24,000 nt of DNA. Origin: Vibrio phage Wyman. The translations under genes were made by a program, and so were the position numbers. The notes beneath the pieces were generated by a model. That model had not been told where the DNA came from, made no database searches, and worked only from the letters and a program-made list of their open reading frames with translations. Shown in pieces: positions 6,133-13,159 of this stretch. The DNA is taken from sequence record OQ095915.1, one strand, 5' to 3'. Position 1 is the first letter of the stretch; every line of letters starts with the position of its first letter.

Positions 6133-6225
6133 AGTTCCTTAGCTCAGTTGGTAGAGCAGCGGGTTTATACTCCGTAGCAACAGATAATTGGCTGGTCATG
6201 GGTTCGAGTCCCATAGGAACTACCA
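6133..6225 (+). tRNA. tRNA with TAT anticodon (Ile for AUA) and a 22-nt variable region
   Basis: Acceptor agttcct/aggaact perfect, anticodon arm gcggg-ttTATac-tccgt, variable agcaacagataattggctggtc, T-loop ttcgagt, CCA. Confidence 0.85.
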
Positions 6226-6257
6226 TATTTTTTAACTAACAAAACAAGGACACTTAT

Positions 6258-7637
6258 ATGTCAACAATGATTATTGCAGGTGTATCAGCAGTAGTATTAG
6301 CGGTACTTTTCATCATTCTAGCACTAGTACGAACAGTAGTTCCTGCCAATGAGGTTCACATCCTCCAGACGGCACGAAAGACAACCTCGTATGGTAAAGG
6401 CCAAAAGAACGGTAACGTTTACTTTGACTGGCCAGCGTCTATCCCGTTACTAGGTAACGTGGTCACGACCTTACCGGTATCAGTGTTCAGTGTAGATCTT
6501 CATAGTTACGAAGCTTACGACTCTGATCGACTACCATTTGTAGTTGATGTCACCGCGTTCTTCCGAATTGAAGACTCAAATACCGCAGCACAGCGTGTAA
6601 GTGACTTCCACGAGTTGCGAGAGCAATTAGAAGCAATCTTACAAGGTGCTACCCGTACAATCCTAGCTGGTTCTACTATCGAAGAAATCATGCAAGGTCG
6701 TTCAGAATACGGTGATAAGTTTACAGCAGAAGTAAATGGTCAACTAGCAGAATGGGGTGTACAAACAGTTAAGAATATTGAGCTAATGGATATTCGTGAT
6801 GCAAATAGCTCTAACGTTATCAGCAACATCATGGCTAAGAAAAAGTCTGAAATCGAGAAAGACTCTCGTATCGAAGTAGCTAATAACAAACGTGCAGCTG
6901 AAATTGCAGAAACAGAAAACTCGCGCGAAGCAGAACTAGCTGCTCAAGAGGCACAACAACAAGTAGGTATTCGTACTGCTGAGAAAAACCGTGAAATCGG
7001 TCTAGCTAAAGAAAAAGCAGAACAAGCGGTTCAGGAATCAGCAAAAATCACTGCTGAACGTGAAATGGAAGTTAAACGTGTAAAAGATACACAAGCAGCT
7101 AACATTGCTAAACAGGTTACACAAACCAAAGCAGAAGAGAACAAAATTGAAGTAGAGCTAAACGCCCAAGCAGCTAAAGCTAAGATTCTTCTAGAAGCTG
7201 ACGCTAAGTTAGCACAAGATACCAAACTCGCAGAAGGTACTAAGATTAAAGCAGACGCAGACGCACAACAGATTCGCCTAACTGGTGAAGCTAAAGCAGA
7301 AGCAGCTAAGAAACTAGAACTTGCAAGCGTTGAGCCTCAAATCGTCCTTGCTCAAGAAATCGGTGAGAACGAAGGCTACCAAAGCTACCTAATCGAAATT
7401 CGTAAGGTAGAAGCAGATGAAAATGTTGGTCTAGAACAGGCTAAAGCACTACAGACTGCTGAAATGAAAGTCATCGCTAACTCTGGTGACGTAAATGGTG
7501 GAGTTAACTCCCTTATGAACTTGCTAACACCTGATGGTGGTACTAAAATGGCAGGTTCTCTAGAAGCTCTAGCGCAATCTGATGTTGGTCAGGCGTTCTT
7601 AACCAAGATAGGCTTCGACATGGTTAACAAACAATAA
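6258..7637 (+). CDS. SPFH/flotillin-like membrane-anchored protein
   Basis: N-terminal TM helix (IIAGVSAVVLAVLFIILALV), beta-rich SPFH-like region, then a long Ala/Glu/Lys-rich coiled coil (NNKRAAEIAETENSREAELAAQEAQQQVGIRTAEKNREIGLAKEKAEQ) typical of flotillins. Confidence 0.85.
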   Translation: MSTMIIAGVSAVVLAVLFIILALVRTVVPANEVHILQTARKTTSYGKGQKNGNVYFDWPASIPLLGNVVTTLPVSVFSVDLHSYEAYDSDRLPFVVDVTAFFRIEDSNTAAQRVSDFHELREQLEAILQGATRTILAGSTIEEIMQGRSEYGDKFTAEVNGQLAEWGVQTVKNIELMDIRDANSSNVISNIMAKKKSEIEKDSRIEVANNKRAAEIAETENSREAELAAQEAQQQVGIRTAEKNREIGLAKEKAEQAVQESAKITAEREMEVKRVKDTQAANIAKQVTQTKAEENKIEVELNAQAAKAKILLEADAKLAQDTKLAEGTKIKADADAQQIRLTGEAKAEAAKKLELASVEPQIVLAQEIGENEGYQSYLIEIRKVEADENVGLEQAKALQTAEMKVIANSGDVNGGVNSLMNLLTPDGGTKMAGSLEALAQSDVGQAFLTKIGFDMVNKQ

Positions 7638-7648
7638 GTAACACCAAA

Positions 7649-7670
7649 ACCCGCAGGTAGCACTGCGGGT
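7649..7670 (+). terminator. Possible terminator or processing hairpin
   Basis: acccgcag 7649-7656 / ctgcgggt 7663-7670, 8-bp perfect stem, loop gtagca; no clear T-tract. Confidence 0.4.
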
Positions 7671-7713
7671 CTATAAAACAAAATTCTAATTATAAATATC
7701 ATGGAGATACTAT

Positions 7714-7932
7714 ATGAAAACAGCTAACCTACTTAAATTCGCATCAGAAAAAGCTTTCGTTGTTAACCGTCACAAGCGTTCTCAAGAAAAGTTGCGCTCT
7801 CAGTGCCAACGCTTGTTAAAGGCAGGTCGTTTAGTAGAAGTTGAGAAGACACATGATCAAGTCATGTATCGTACTCCAGAATCAGTAGAGCAAGACGCTA
7901 TTGCAGCATCACATCTACGAGAAGAAGTTTAA
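7714..7932 (+). CDS. Hypothetical basic protein
   Basis: ORF MKTANLLKFASEKAFVVNRHKRSQEKLRSQCQRLLKAGRLVEVEK... Confidence 0.7.
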   Translation: MKTANLLKFASEKAFVVNRHKRSQEKLRSQCQRLLKAGRLVEVEKTHDQVMYRTPESVEQDAIAASHLREEV

Positions 7933-8027
7933 TGGTACAGTGGTACGTAAGCCCTTGCGGTCAATACATAACACTGTGCGAACCTCAATTCAAACCTGAT
8001 GGTTGGGTTGAAGGTAGAGACGAATAA
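7932..8027 (+). CDS. Short ORF (31 aa), not in ORF track
   Basis: TAATG overlap with previous stop; MVQWYVSPCGQYITLCEPQFKPDGWVEGRDE; stop 8025-8027 immediately before the next tRNA. Confidence 0.5.
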   Translation: MVQWYVSPCGQYITLCEPQFKPDGWVEGRDE

Positions 8028-8028
8028 A

Positions 8029-8104
8029 GCGGGAATAGCTCAGTAGGTAGAGCACTTGGTTGAAGACCTTGGTGTCGCTGGTTCAACTCCAGCTTCCCGC
8101 ACCA
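8029..8104 (+). tRNA. tRNA-Phe(GAA)
   Basis: Acceptor gcgggaa/ttcccgc perfect, anticodon loop ttGAAga (two U-U mismatches in the stem), CCA. Confidence 0.9.
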
Positions 8105-8113
8105 CAATTTAAT

Positions 8114-8189
8114 GCAGCTATAGTTCAACTGGATAGAGCACCACCCTACGAAGGTGATAATCTAGGTTCGAGTCCTAGTAGCTGTGCCA
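8114..8189 (+). tRNA. tRNA-Arg(ACG)
   Basis: Acceptor gcagcta/tagctgt, anticodon loop ctACGaa, T-loop ttcgagt, G73, CCA. Confidence 0.92.
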
Positions 8190-8214
8190 ACTTAATAAAA
8201 AATAGGAACAGAAG

Positions 8215-8502
8215 ATGATTACAGCAAAAGAACTTCAAGCATTAAATGTAGCTAAACACATGCAAAACGAACAACGTGTTAGCGACGCCCTAGACAAAGC
8301 TCTTACAGGCGTTACACTTAACTATAATCAACACACAGTTTCAGGTTTATATGTTCCTGGTCTTAAATCTACAGATAGACCTTATGTGGAGTCAATGATG
8401 CGTGACGCAGGGTATGATCAAGTATCTTTTGTTGCACAGAATGATGGGCGTAACGGTACAGATGTTCATATCTCGTTTGTACTACCACCACAAGCAGAAT
8501 AA
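8215..8502 (+). CDS. Hypothetical protein
   Basis: ORF with good start context (agaagATG) and full codon use between tRNAs. Confidence 0.75.
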   Translation: MITAKELQALNVAKHMQNEQRVSDALDKALTGVTLNYNQHTVSGLYVPGLKSTDRPYVESMMRDAGYDQVSFVAQNDGRNGTDVHISFVLPPQAE

Positions 8503-8504
8503 TT

Positions 8505-8593
8505 GGAGAGATGCCTGAATGGTTAAGGGAGCGGGTTGCTAACCCGTCGGCTGCTTCGGTGGTCTCTGGGTTCGAATCCCAGTCTCTCCGCCA
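8505..8593 (+). tRNA. tRNA-Ser(GCT)
   Basis: Acceptor ggagaga/tctctcc, anticodon loop ttGCTaa, long variable arm, G73, CCA. Confidence 0.95.
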
Positions 8594-8684
8594 AATTTAA
8601 TATTGTTATAATCGTAACAGAGTCCACGAGAACTCCTAAGGATGCTCGAAGATGTTTTATTACTTTAATGACTTCTTTCCTGAA

Positions 8685-8704
8685 ACTGTAACTCCCGTTA
8701 CAGT
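8685..8704 (+). promoter_or_regulatory. Perfect 8-bp hairpin just upstream of an SD
   Basis: actgtaac-tccc-gttacagt, followed by aataggagag and the ATG at 8722. Confidence 0.45.
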
Positions 8705-8721
8705 CACAATAGGAGAGAAAC

Positions 8722-8925
8722 ATGTGGCGAAGACACAAAGTAAGAGTAAATTGGCATCGCCGTCTGAAAGACGATGAAATTGCAAAAGAAAACGGTTTTA
8801 ACCAACGCTTGTTCAAACAAACCGAAGTCTATATGTACGACTTGTCTTGGTGGGACTACCCACATAGAACAGTACAGCGTAACTGGAAAAGCCAATCTAA
8901 AAACAGAAAACAATGGGAACGCTAG
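8722..8925 (+). CDS. Hypothetical basic small protein
   Basis: MWRRHKVRVNWHRRLKDDEIAKENGFNQRLFKQTEVYMYDLSWWDYPHRTVQRN...; SD aggag. Confidence 0.7.
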   Translation: MWRRHKVRVNWHRRLKDDEIAKENGFNQRLFKQTEVYMYDLSWWDYPHRTVQRNWKSQSKNRKQWER

Positions 8926-8951
8926 ACGTTCCCTTTCTTGTGGAGAATATA

Positions 8952-9497
8952 ATGAAGAATCAAATTTACCTAGCAGGCGATATGCTAAACCGTGGTGCTC
9001 AACTTCAACGAGCAGAAGAAAAACGTGATTTGCTTAATCTAGGGTACGAATTATACGTGCCACAGGATAATAAAGATATAAATGATAAAGAAAATCTTAA
9101 CTCTAATGATGGTCTAGCAGAGAAAATTGTTCGTGCAGATACTAATGGTATCATAAATTCTGATATCGTGGTCATGGAAGCTCGTGAAGCAGCACTTGGT
9201 ACTTGTATTGAACTTGGTCAGATTAAAGGTATGAAAGACGTCGCTAAAACAGTCTTGTCTATGCTAGAGTCTGGTTGCTCTCTTAAAGAAGTAATTCATA
9301 ATATGGAGCAAATTCGTGATAAGCTTGTTCTAGTTCACAACTCAGATATTCGTCGTGCAGGTAATCCTACCGAAACAGGCGATCGTCGCAGCTATGCCCC
9401 TCACCAGTACATGTACGGTGTAGTGCTTGATGTAACCAACGGTCATGGTTACTACGATTGGAACGAAGTTACATACATCCTAGACCGAGGTGTATAA
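8952..9497 (+). CDS. Nucleoside 2-deoxyribosyltransferase-like protein
   Basis: MKNQIYLAGDMLNRGAQLQRAEEKRDLLNLGYELYVPQ...ADTNGIINSDIVVMEAREAALGTCIELG matches the NDT pattern (IYLAG..., D...I...D..., GT..ELG). Probable start 8952; track 8913. Confidence 0.72.
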   Translation: MKNQIYLAGDMLNRGAQLQRAEEKRDLLNLGYELYVPQDNKDINDKENLNSNDGLAEKIVRADTNGIINSDIVVMEAREAALGTCIELGQIKGMKDVAKTVLSMLESGCSLKEVIHNMEQIRDKLVLVHNSDIRRAGNPTETGDRRSYAPHQYMYGVVLDVTNGHGYYDWNEVTYILDRGV

Positions 9498-10123
9498 TGT
9501 TAGAAAAGATTTGGTCAGTTATTGCGGTGCTCCTAGTAATCGGAGCATCAATCATCTCAGGGGCAGATTTGTTTGTGTCTGCCTTGAGTCTAGTAGGTAT
9601 TCTGTTTGTACTAGGTGTCGCCTTTAAGCGACCAGAGTCACAGTTACTGGGTGCTGTATTCTGCGGATTCTTGGCGTTTGCCTCGATGGGCGCAGGCTTT
9701 TATGCGAATGCAGTCGTCAATGGATTGATACTAATTCCCGCCTCCATATATGGATATTTTCATTGGAAGCGAAGAAAAGATTTTCAATTAGAGCAAAGTA
9801 TGTCTAGTGGTGGACTCACTAATATGATTGTTTCATTAGTGGCCGTCACAGCATTAGTGTTCTTCTTTGGAACTATGGGAGCAGGTGGGGCTATGCCTCT
9901 ACTAGATGCTCTAACTGGGGTCATGCCAGTATTTGCAACATTCTTAATGATTGGTGCATATCGAGAGCAATGGCTTCTATGGATACCCTTTAATGCAATA
10001 CAAGCCTTTATGTGGTTTACCGCCGCGTCTTTGCAGCCTGCGGTACTGGCGGTGTTTGTGTTGAAACTGGTATTCTTGATTAATTCATTAATCGGATTTT
10101 ATACTTGGAGAAAAGGGGCGTAA
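9497..10123 (+). CDS. pnuC: Nicotinamide mononucleotide/riboside transporter, PnuC family
   Basis: Multi-TM protein with GYFHWKRRKD and PFNAIQAFMWF...FVLKLVFLINSLIGFYTWRK characteristic of PnuC; start overlaps previous stop (TAATG). Track start 9458. Confidence 0.82.
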   Translation: MLEKIWSVIAVLLVIGASIISGADLFVSALSLVGILFVLGVAFKRPESQLLGAVFCGFLAFASMGAGFYANAVVNGLILIPASIYGYFHWKRRKDFQLEQSMSSGGLTNMIVSLVAVTALVFFFGTMGAGGAMPLLDALTGVMPVFATFLMIGAYREQWLLWIPFNAIQAFMWFTAASLQPAVLAVFVLKLVFLINSLIGFYTWRKGA

Positions 10124-10146
10124 GCCTCTTTTTAAAAAAGTTTTAT

Positions 10147-10175
10147 TTGCTAACTTCTCTTATTTAACGTATAAT
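10147..10175 (+). promoter_or_regulatory. Sigma70-like promoter (TTGCTA-N17-TATAAT)
   Basis: ttgcta 10147-10152, tataat 10170-10175. Confidence 0.87.
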
Positions 10176-10207
10176 AGTTATATAAATTGATGAGAGAGGT
10201 TATCAAA

Positions 10208-10249
10208 ATGAACTCGATTCTTATGGGCATTGCCTGTATTACTTTGTAA
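10208..10249 (+). CDS. Possible 13-aa leader or membrane peptide
   Basis: agagaggttatcaaaATG AAC TCG ATT CTT ATG GGC ATT GCC TGT ATT ACT TTG TAA between promoter and next gene. Confidence 0.3.
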   Translation: MNSILMGIACITL

Positions 10250-10270
10250 CGATTCTAAGGAGAAATTTTA

Positions 10271-10558
10271 ATGGTTAAACCACGTTATGATTTACGTCTA
10301 TTTGACATTACAGAGAAAGGTTACGAGCTTCTAGCTAAACTGAAGTTTACCACTTTCCTACCTGATGGTACTCGTACTATTACTTGCAAAGGTGGCACTG
10401 ATCTTCATAAATCAATCTCTAGCATGATTGAAATGGGTCACTTAAAAGTTGAAGTCCTAAGACAGTTCAACTACCCTGGTGAGCTACAAGCTGCTAGAAA
10501 TAATGAAAAACGTAAGCCAGCTAAGAAATGTTGTCCACATTGCGGAGGCAAACTATGA
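10271..10558 (+). CDS. Hypothetical protein with C-terminal CPHCGG zinc-ribbon-like motif
   Basis: SD aaggag; sequence ends AKKCCPHCGGKL. Confidence 0.75.
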   Translation: MVKPRYDLRLFDITEKGYELLAKLKFTTFLPDGTRTITCKGGTDLHKSISSMIEMGHLKVEVLRQFNYPGELQAARNNEKRKPAKKCCPHCGGKL

Positions 10559-10812
10559 TTGAAGAATGGGAATGGGCAGAAGTTGCCGAAGTTATGCTGG
10601 ATCTACCTGAAGGTACTGACGAAGAAGTTGTAGAACACCGCCTACTACAGGAGTATGGTCTAGACTTGGAAGGTTTTGGTAATGTAGCTGGAAAATTGCT
10701 TGGTATGACAGTCCCAACAAGAACAGTATTGGGTGGTCAGGCAGTACAAGCATTCGTTATCAATGATGAACATGGTACTCGCGCAATTGTTAAACAGGAG
10801 TTCTTAAAATGA
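10555..10812 (+). CDS. Hypothetical protein
   Basis: In-frame ATG at 10555 overlapping the previous TGA (ATGA); MIEEWEWAEVAEVMLDLPEGTDEE... Confidence 0.7.
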   Translation: MIEEWEWAEVAEVMLDLPEGTDEEVVEHRLLQEYGLDLEGFGNVAGKLLGMTVPTRTVLGGQAVQAFVINDEHGTRAIVKQEFLK

Positions 10813-10955
10813 TTACATTATCTTTAAAGCAAGCAGAAGCTATGTTGGCTTTCCTTAATGACATTGAAGAAGAGAAAGGCAATCTACTCCCACAAGAAGA
10901 AGAATTACAAGCCTATCTAGACGCAGCAATTGATGCTGAAAAAGATAAAAACTGA
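10809..10955 (+). CDS. Small acidic protein (48 aa), not in ORF track
   Basis: AATGA overlap with previous stop; MITLSLKQAEAMLAFLNDIEEEKGNLLPQEEELQAYLDAAIDAEKDKN; TGA 10953-10955. Confidence 0.6.
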   Translation: MITLSLKQAEAMLAFLNDIEEEKGNLLPQEEELQAYLDAAIDAEKDKN

Positions 10956-10956
10956 A

Positions 10957-10985
10957 TTGCTAACTAGCCTTAAAATCTGTATAAT
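10957..10985 (+). promoter_or_regulatory. Sigma70-like promoter with conserved leader
   Basis: ttgcta 10957-10962, tataat 10980-10985; leader near-identical to that at 4514-4549. Confidence 0.88.
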
Positions 10986-11017
10986 AGTTACATAAAGTTG
11001 AGAAACGGAGATTGTTA

Positions 11018-11506
11018 ATGAGTAAAGCACTTTTTGATTTAGTAACTGAATTGCGTGAAAAAGACATGAAAGCGCATTCCCTAGCATTATCTTATTTGGA
11101 AGATTTTGATACCATGCTTCTGGTAGAGCCTACCAAGAAACTAGCCTCACCATCACTAGAAAACAACTATCGTGGGCGTCTTGCACTGTACTTCGAAAAA
11201 GAATTTAGCCAGCATATGGCTATACCTGAATATCGTGGTACTTATATTAAAGAGTATAGTCTAGAAGGTATCGACTATGAAAACCGGACTATTATGCTAG
11301 AAAGTTGGGTAGGTGATTCTTGTGAGACTCTACGAGTACCTGTATTTGACTTCGCCAAACTGCGTGAAATACAAGAAGTAGCAAACGAAATTGTAGACAA
11401 GCTTAATGTTTTCCATGAAAACAGAAAAGAAGAAAAAGCAGCCAAGGCTAAAGAAGAACGTCATAAACAGTATCTGGAACTTCAGAAGGAGTTTGGTGAT
11501 GAATAA
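11018..11506 (+). CDS. Hypothetical protein
   Basis: In-frame with track ORF 11012..11506; ATG after ggagattgtta, MSKALFDLVTELREKDMKAHS... Confidence 0.75.
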   Translation: MSKALFDLVTELREKDMKAHSLALSYLEDFDTMLLVEPTKKLASPSLENNYRGRLALYFEKEFSQHMAIPEYRGTYIKEYSLEGIDYENRTIMLESWVGDSCETLRVPVFDFAKLREIQEVANEIVDKLNVFHENRKEEKAAKAKEERHKQYLELQKEFGDE

Positions 11507-11717
11507 AGTAATTATCAGTGCAACAACCCTGCAGAGTCTTATCAATCTAGCCTACCTTGCAAAAGAATGGGCTGATAATGACGAAGATGGGCTAATTGCA
11601 GAAACAATTGCTTACGGTGAAGCAGCATTATCAGAAGCTTCGCCTTATGTCTTCACTAAAGAAGAATACGAGCAGCTAGAAAAACATTTTGACTTGGAGG
11701 CATTCTTCAGTGAGTAG
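11499..11717 (+). CDS. Hypothetical acidic protein
   Basis: Within track ORF 11406..11717; ATG near 11499 (MNKVIISATTLQSLINLAYLAKEWADNDEDG) overlaps the upstream stop. Confidence 0.65.
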   Translation: MNKVIISATTLQSLINLAYLAKEWADNDEDGLIAETIAYGEAALSEASPYVFTKEEYEQLEKHFDLEAFFSE

Positions 11718-11862
11718 AAAAGAATTAGACTACTACTGGGAACAGATTCGTACCCTAGCAAATAAAATCGACTCTGGGGCTATCCGACACGGTACTCAAG
11801 CAGAGCGTAACGATGCTCAAGAAATTAGACAGCTAGCAGAGGCTAGACTGAAAAGAAAATAA
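11710..11862 (+). CDS. GTG-start small protein (50 aa), not in ORF track
   Basis: GTG overlapping the previous gene's end; VSRKELDYYWEQIRTLANKIDSGAIRHGTQAERNDAQEIRQLAEARLKRK; TAA 11860-11862 abuts the tRNA-Cys. Confidence 0.55.
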   Translation: MSRKELDYYWEQIRTLANKIDSGAIRHGTQAERNDAQEIRQLAEARLKRK

Positions 11863-11939
11863 GGGTTGTATGCTGAAGTGGACGAAGCGCGGGATTGCAA
11901 ACCCCGTCTTACTCGGTTCGAGTCCGAGACTTCCCTCCA
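11863..11939 (+). tRNA. tRNA-Cys(GCA), with acceptor-stem mismatches
   Basis: Anticodon arm cggga-ttGCAaa-ccccg, T-arm ctcgg-ttcgagt-ccgag, T73, CCA; acceptor gggttgt/acttccc has two U-U mismatches. Confidence 0.78.
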
Positions 11940-11957
11940 AATTAATTAAAAATGGAA

Positions 11958-11986
11958 TTGCTAAATAACTAAAAATTCCGTATAAT
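11958..11986 (+). promoter_or_regulatory. Sigma70-like promoter (TTGCTA-N17-TATAAT) facing a non-coding segment
   Basis: ttgcta 11958-11963, tataat 11981-11986, followed by agttacataaagttgaga, then no ORF for about 260 nt. Confidence 0.85.
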
Positions 11987-11994
11987 AGTTACAT

Positions 11995-12252
11995 AAAGTT
12001 GAGAGAGTCAAGTAAGCGCGGTAACTGGCGTAATGTAGTCACTACTTCGTGGATTGTAATTCTTTCTCGACTTGTCACATTAAAACATTCTTGAATTGTC
12101 TGGTGGAGTAAGAGCCGTCAGAAAAAGACAGAAAGCCGTGCTACTCACACTAGCCTCTTACAGTGTTGGGTACGAAAGCCTGAATAAGAATACGGTCAGG
12201 TCATGCCGTGGGGATAGCTACCTCTAGAGCTAACTGTGTAGAGTGTTTTAAT
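11995..12252 (+). ncRNA. Candidate structured non-coding RNA or long tRNA leader
   Basis: Dedicated promoter, no recognisable ORF, complementary segments gtaagag 12108-12114 / ctcttac 12155-12161, cctga 12179-12183 / tcagg 12196-12200, tagct 12215-12219 / agcta 12227-12231. Confidence 0.45.
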
Positions 12253-12329
12253 GTGACGTTGGCTGAAGTGGGAATGGCTCTGGGTTGTGATTCCAGAATA
12301 TGCGGGTTCGATCCCCGTACGTCACCCCA
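12253..12329 (+). tRNA. tRNA-His(GTG)
   Basis: Acceptor gtgacgt/acgtcac, anticodon arm ctggg-ttGTGat-tccag, C73, CCA. The base before position 1 is T, not G. Confidence 0.9.
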
Positions 12330-12348
12330 AATTTAATAGGAGATAACA

Positions 12349-12543
12349 ATTATTAAGAAAATCATTCGTCGTAATAAACAAAAATTTACTGCAATCTTCA
12401 AAGAAGGTCGCACAATGTTCCCTCGTTACGAGTTTAATAACGTAACTTATCTAGGCAAAGCAAACGGTATTAACCTGTTCCGTGCCGACGAGGGTTTTGC
12501 TTACAAAGGCATGACTTTCTGTAACGAAGCGACTTGGTCTTAA
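12349..12543 (+). CDS. Probable 64-codon gene using AUU start, not in ORF track
   Basis: SD aggaga 12338-12343, then ATT ATT AAG AAA ATC ATT CGT CGT...; reads (I)IKKIIRRNKQKFTAIFKEGRTMFPRYEFNNVTYLGKANGINLFRADEGFAYKGMTFCNEATWS; TAA 12541-12543. Confidence 0.6.
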   Translation: MIKKIIRRNKQKFTAIFKEGRTMFPRYEFNNVTYLGKANGINLFRADEGFAYKGMTFCNEATWS

Positions 12544-12552
12544 CAAATTAAT

Positions 12553-12629
12553 GCGCCCTTAGCTCAGCTGGATAGAGCACGTCCCTTCTAAGGATGTGGT
12601 CGTAGGTTCGAATCCTACAGGGCGTGCCA
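12553..12629 (+). tRNA. tRNA-Arg(TCT)
   Basis: Acceptor gcgccct/agggcgt, anticodon loop ctTCTaa, T-loop ttcgaat, G73, CCA. Confidence 0.95.
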
Positions 12630-12648
12630 TTTTCTTTTGGAGAAGATT

Positions 12649-12813
12649 ATGTTCACACTAGGCGTAATATGGCTAATATTTCAAGGGATAACTTGTATTG
12701 CACTAGCCGATTGTAAAAGTGAAGACATGTGTAACAAAATTATGTGGATGCCAACTGTACTACGTTGGATTATCTTTACATTCCCGTCATTAATTGTATG
12801 GGCTACTAAATAG
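12649..12813 (+). CDS. Small membrane protein (54 aa), not in ORF track
   Basis: SD ggagaag; MFTLGVIWLIFQGITCIALADCKSEDMCNKIMWMPTVLRWIIFTFPSLIVWATK with two hydrophobic segments; TAG 12811-12813. Confidence 0.65.
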   Translation: MFTLGVIWLIFQGITCIALADCKSEDMCNKIMWMPTVLRWIIFTFPSLIVWATK

Positions 12814-12822
12814 GGAGAAGAT

Positions 12823-13158
12823 ATGTCTTTCAAACGACAAGTAAAGTATGGTGTCTTTAGTCACAAAGATGCTGCTGTGCATTTAAGTAATGAAGAATAC
12901 TTGCAGTTAGTATCCCTGATGTCAAAGATAGAAGAAAAACGTATGCAATGTGGCAAAGCTCCAATTTCTGCGGTTGTTATTGACCAGAATACTTTAGGCA
13001 AAGAAGCGTATGAAGCGGGCTTTAAAATAGTTGAAACAGCAGTAACTGCAAAACTTCAACGTGCTTGCACCCATCCAGAGTGGAAAACAGACTATGCTAT
13101 AATGGGCGGCTTCGATGTTCATACTTGCACTAAGTGCGGATACACAGAAACAAATTAA
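12823..13158 (+). CDS. Hypothetical protein with C-terminal Cys cluster
   Basis: MSFKRQVKYGVFSHKDAAVHLS...CTHPEWKTDYAIMGGFDVHTCTKCGYTETN; SD gggag. Confidence 0.75.
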   Translation: MSFKRQVKYGVFSHKDAAVHLSNEEYLQLVSLMSKIEEKRMQCGKAPISAVVIDQNTLGKEAYEAGFKIVETAVTAKLQRACTHPEWKTDYAIMGGFDVHTCTKCGYTETN

Positions 13159-13159
13159 T

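Noticed and set aside
7649-7670. Firm call of a rho-independent terminator after the flotillin-like gene
   Set aside because: Stem is strong but no T-tract follows, so listed only with low confidence.
8607-8612. TATAAT after tRNA-Ser as another promoter
   Set aside because: No matching -35 hexamer at 17 nt and no shared downstream block; too weak to list.
8523-8816. Track ORF - strand (97 aa)
   Set aside because: Antisense to tRNA-Ser and the following gene; its C-terminus resembles translated tRNA complement.
8774-9028. Track ORF + (84 aa)
   Set aside because: Out-of-frame overlap with both the 8722 gene and the NDT-like gene; low-complexity, unlikely real.
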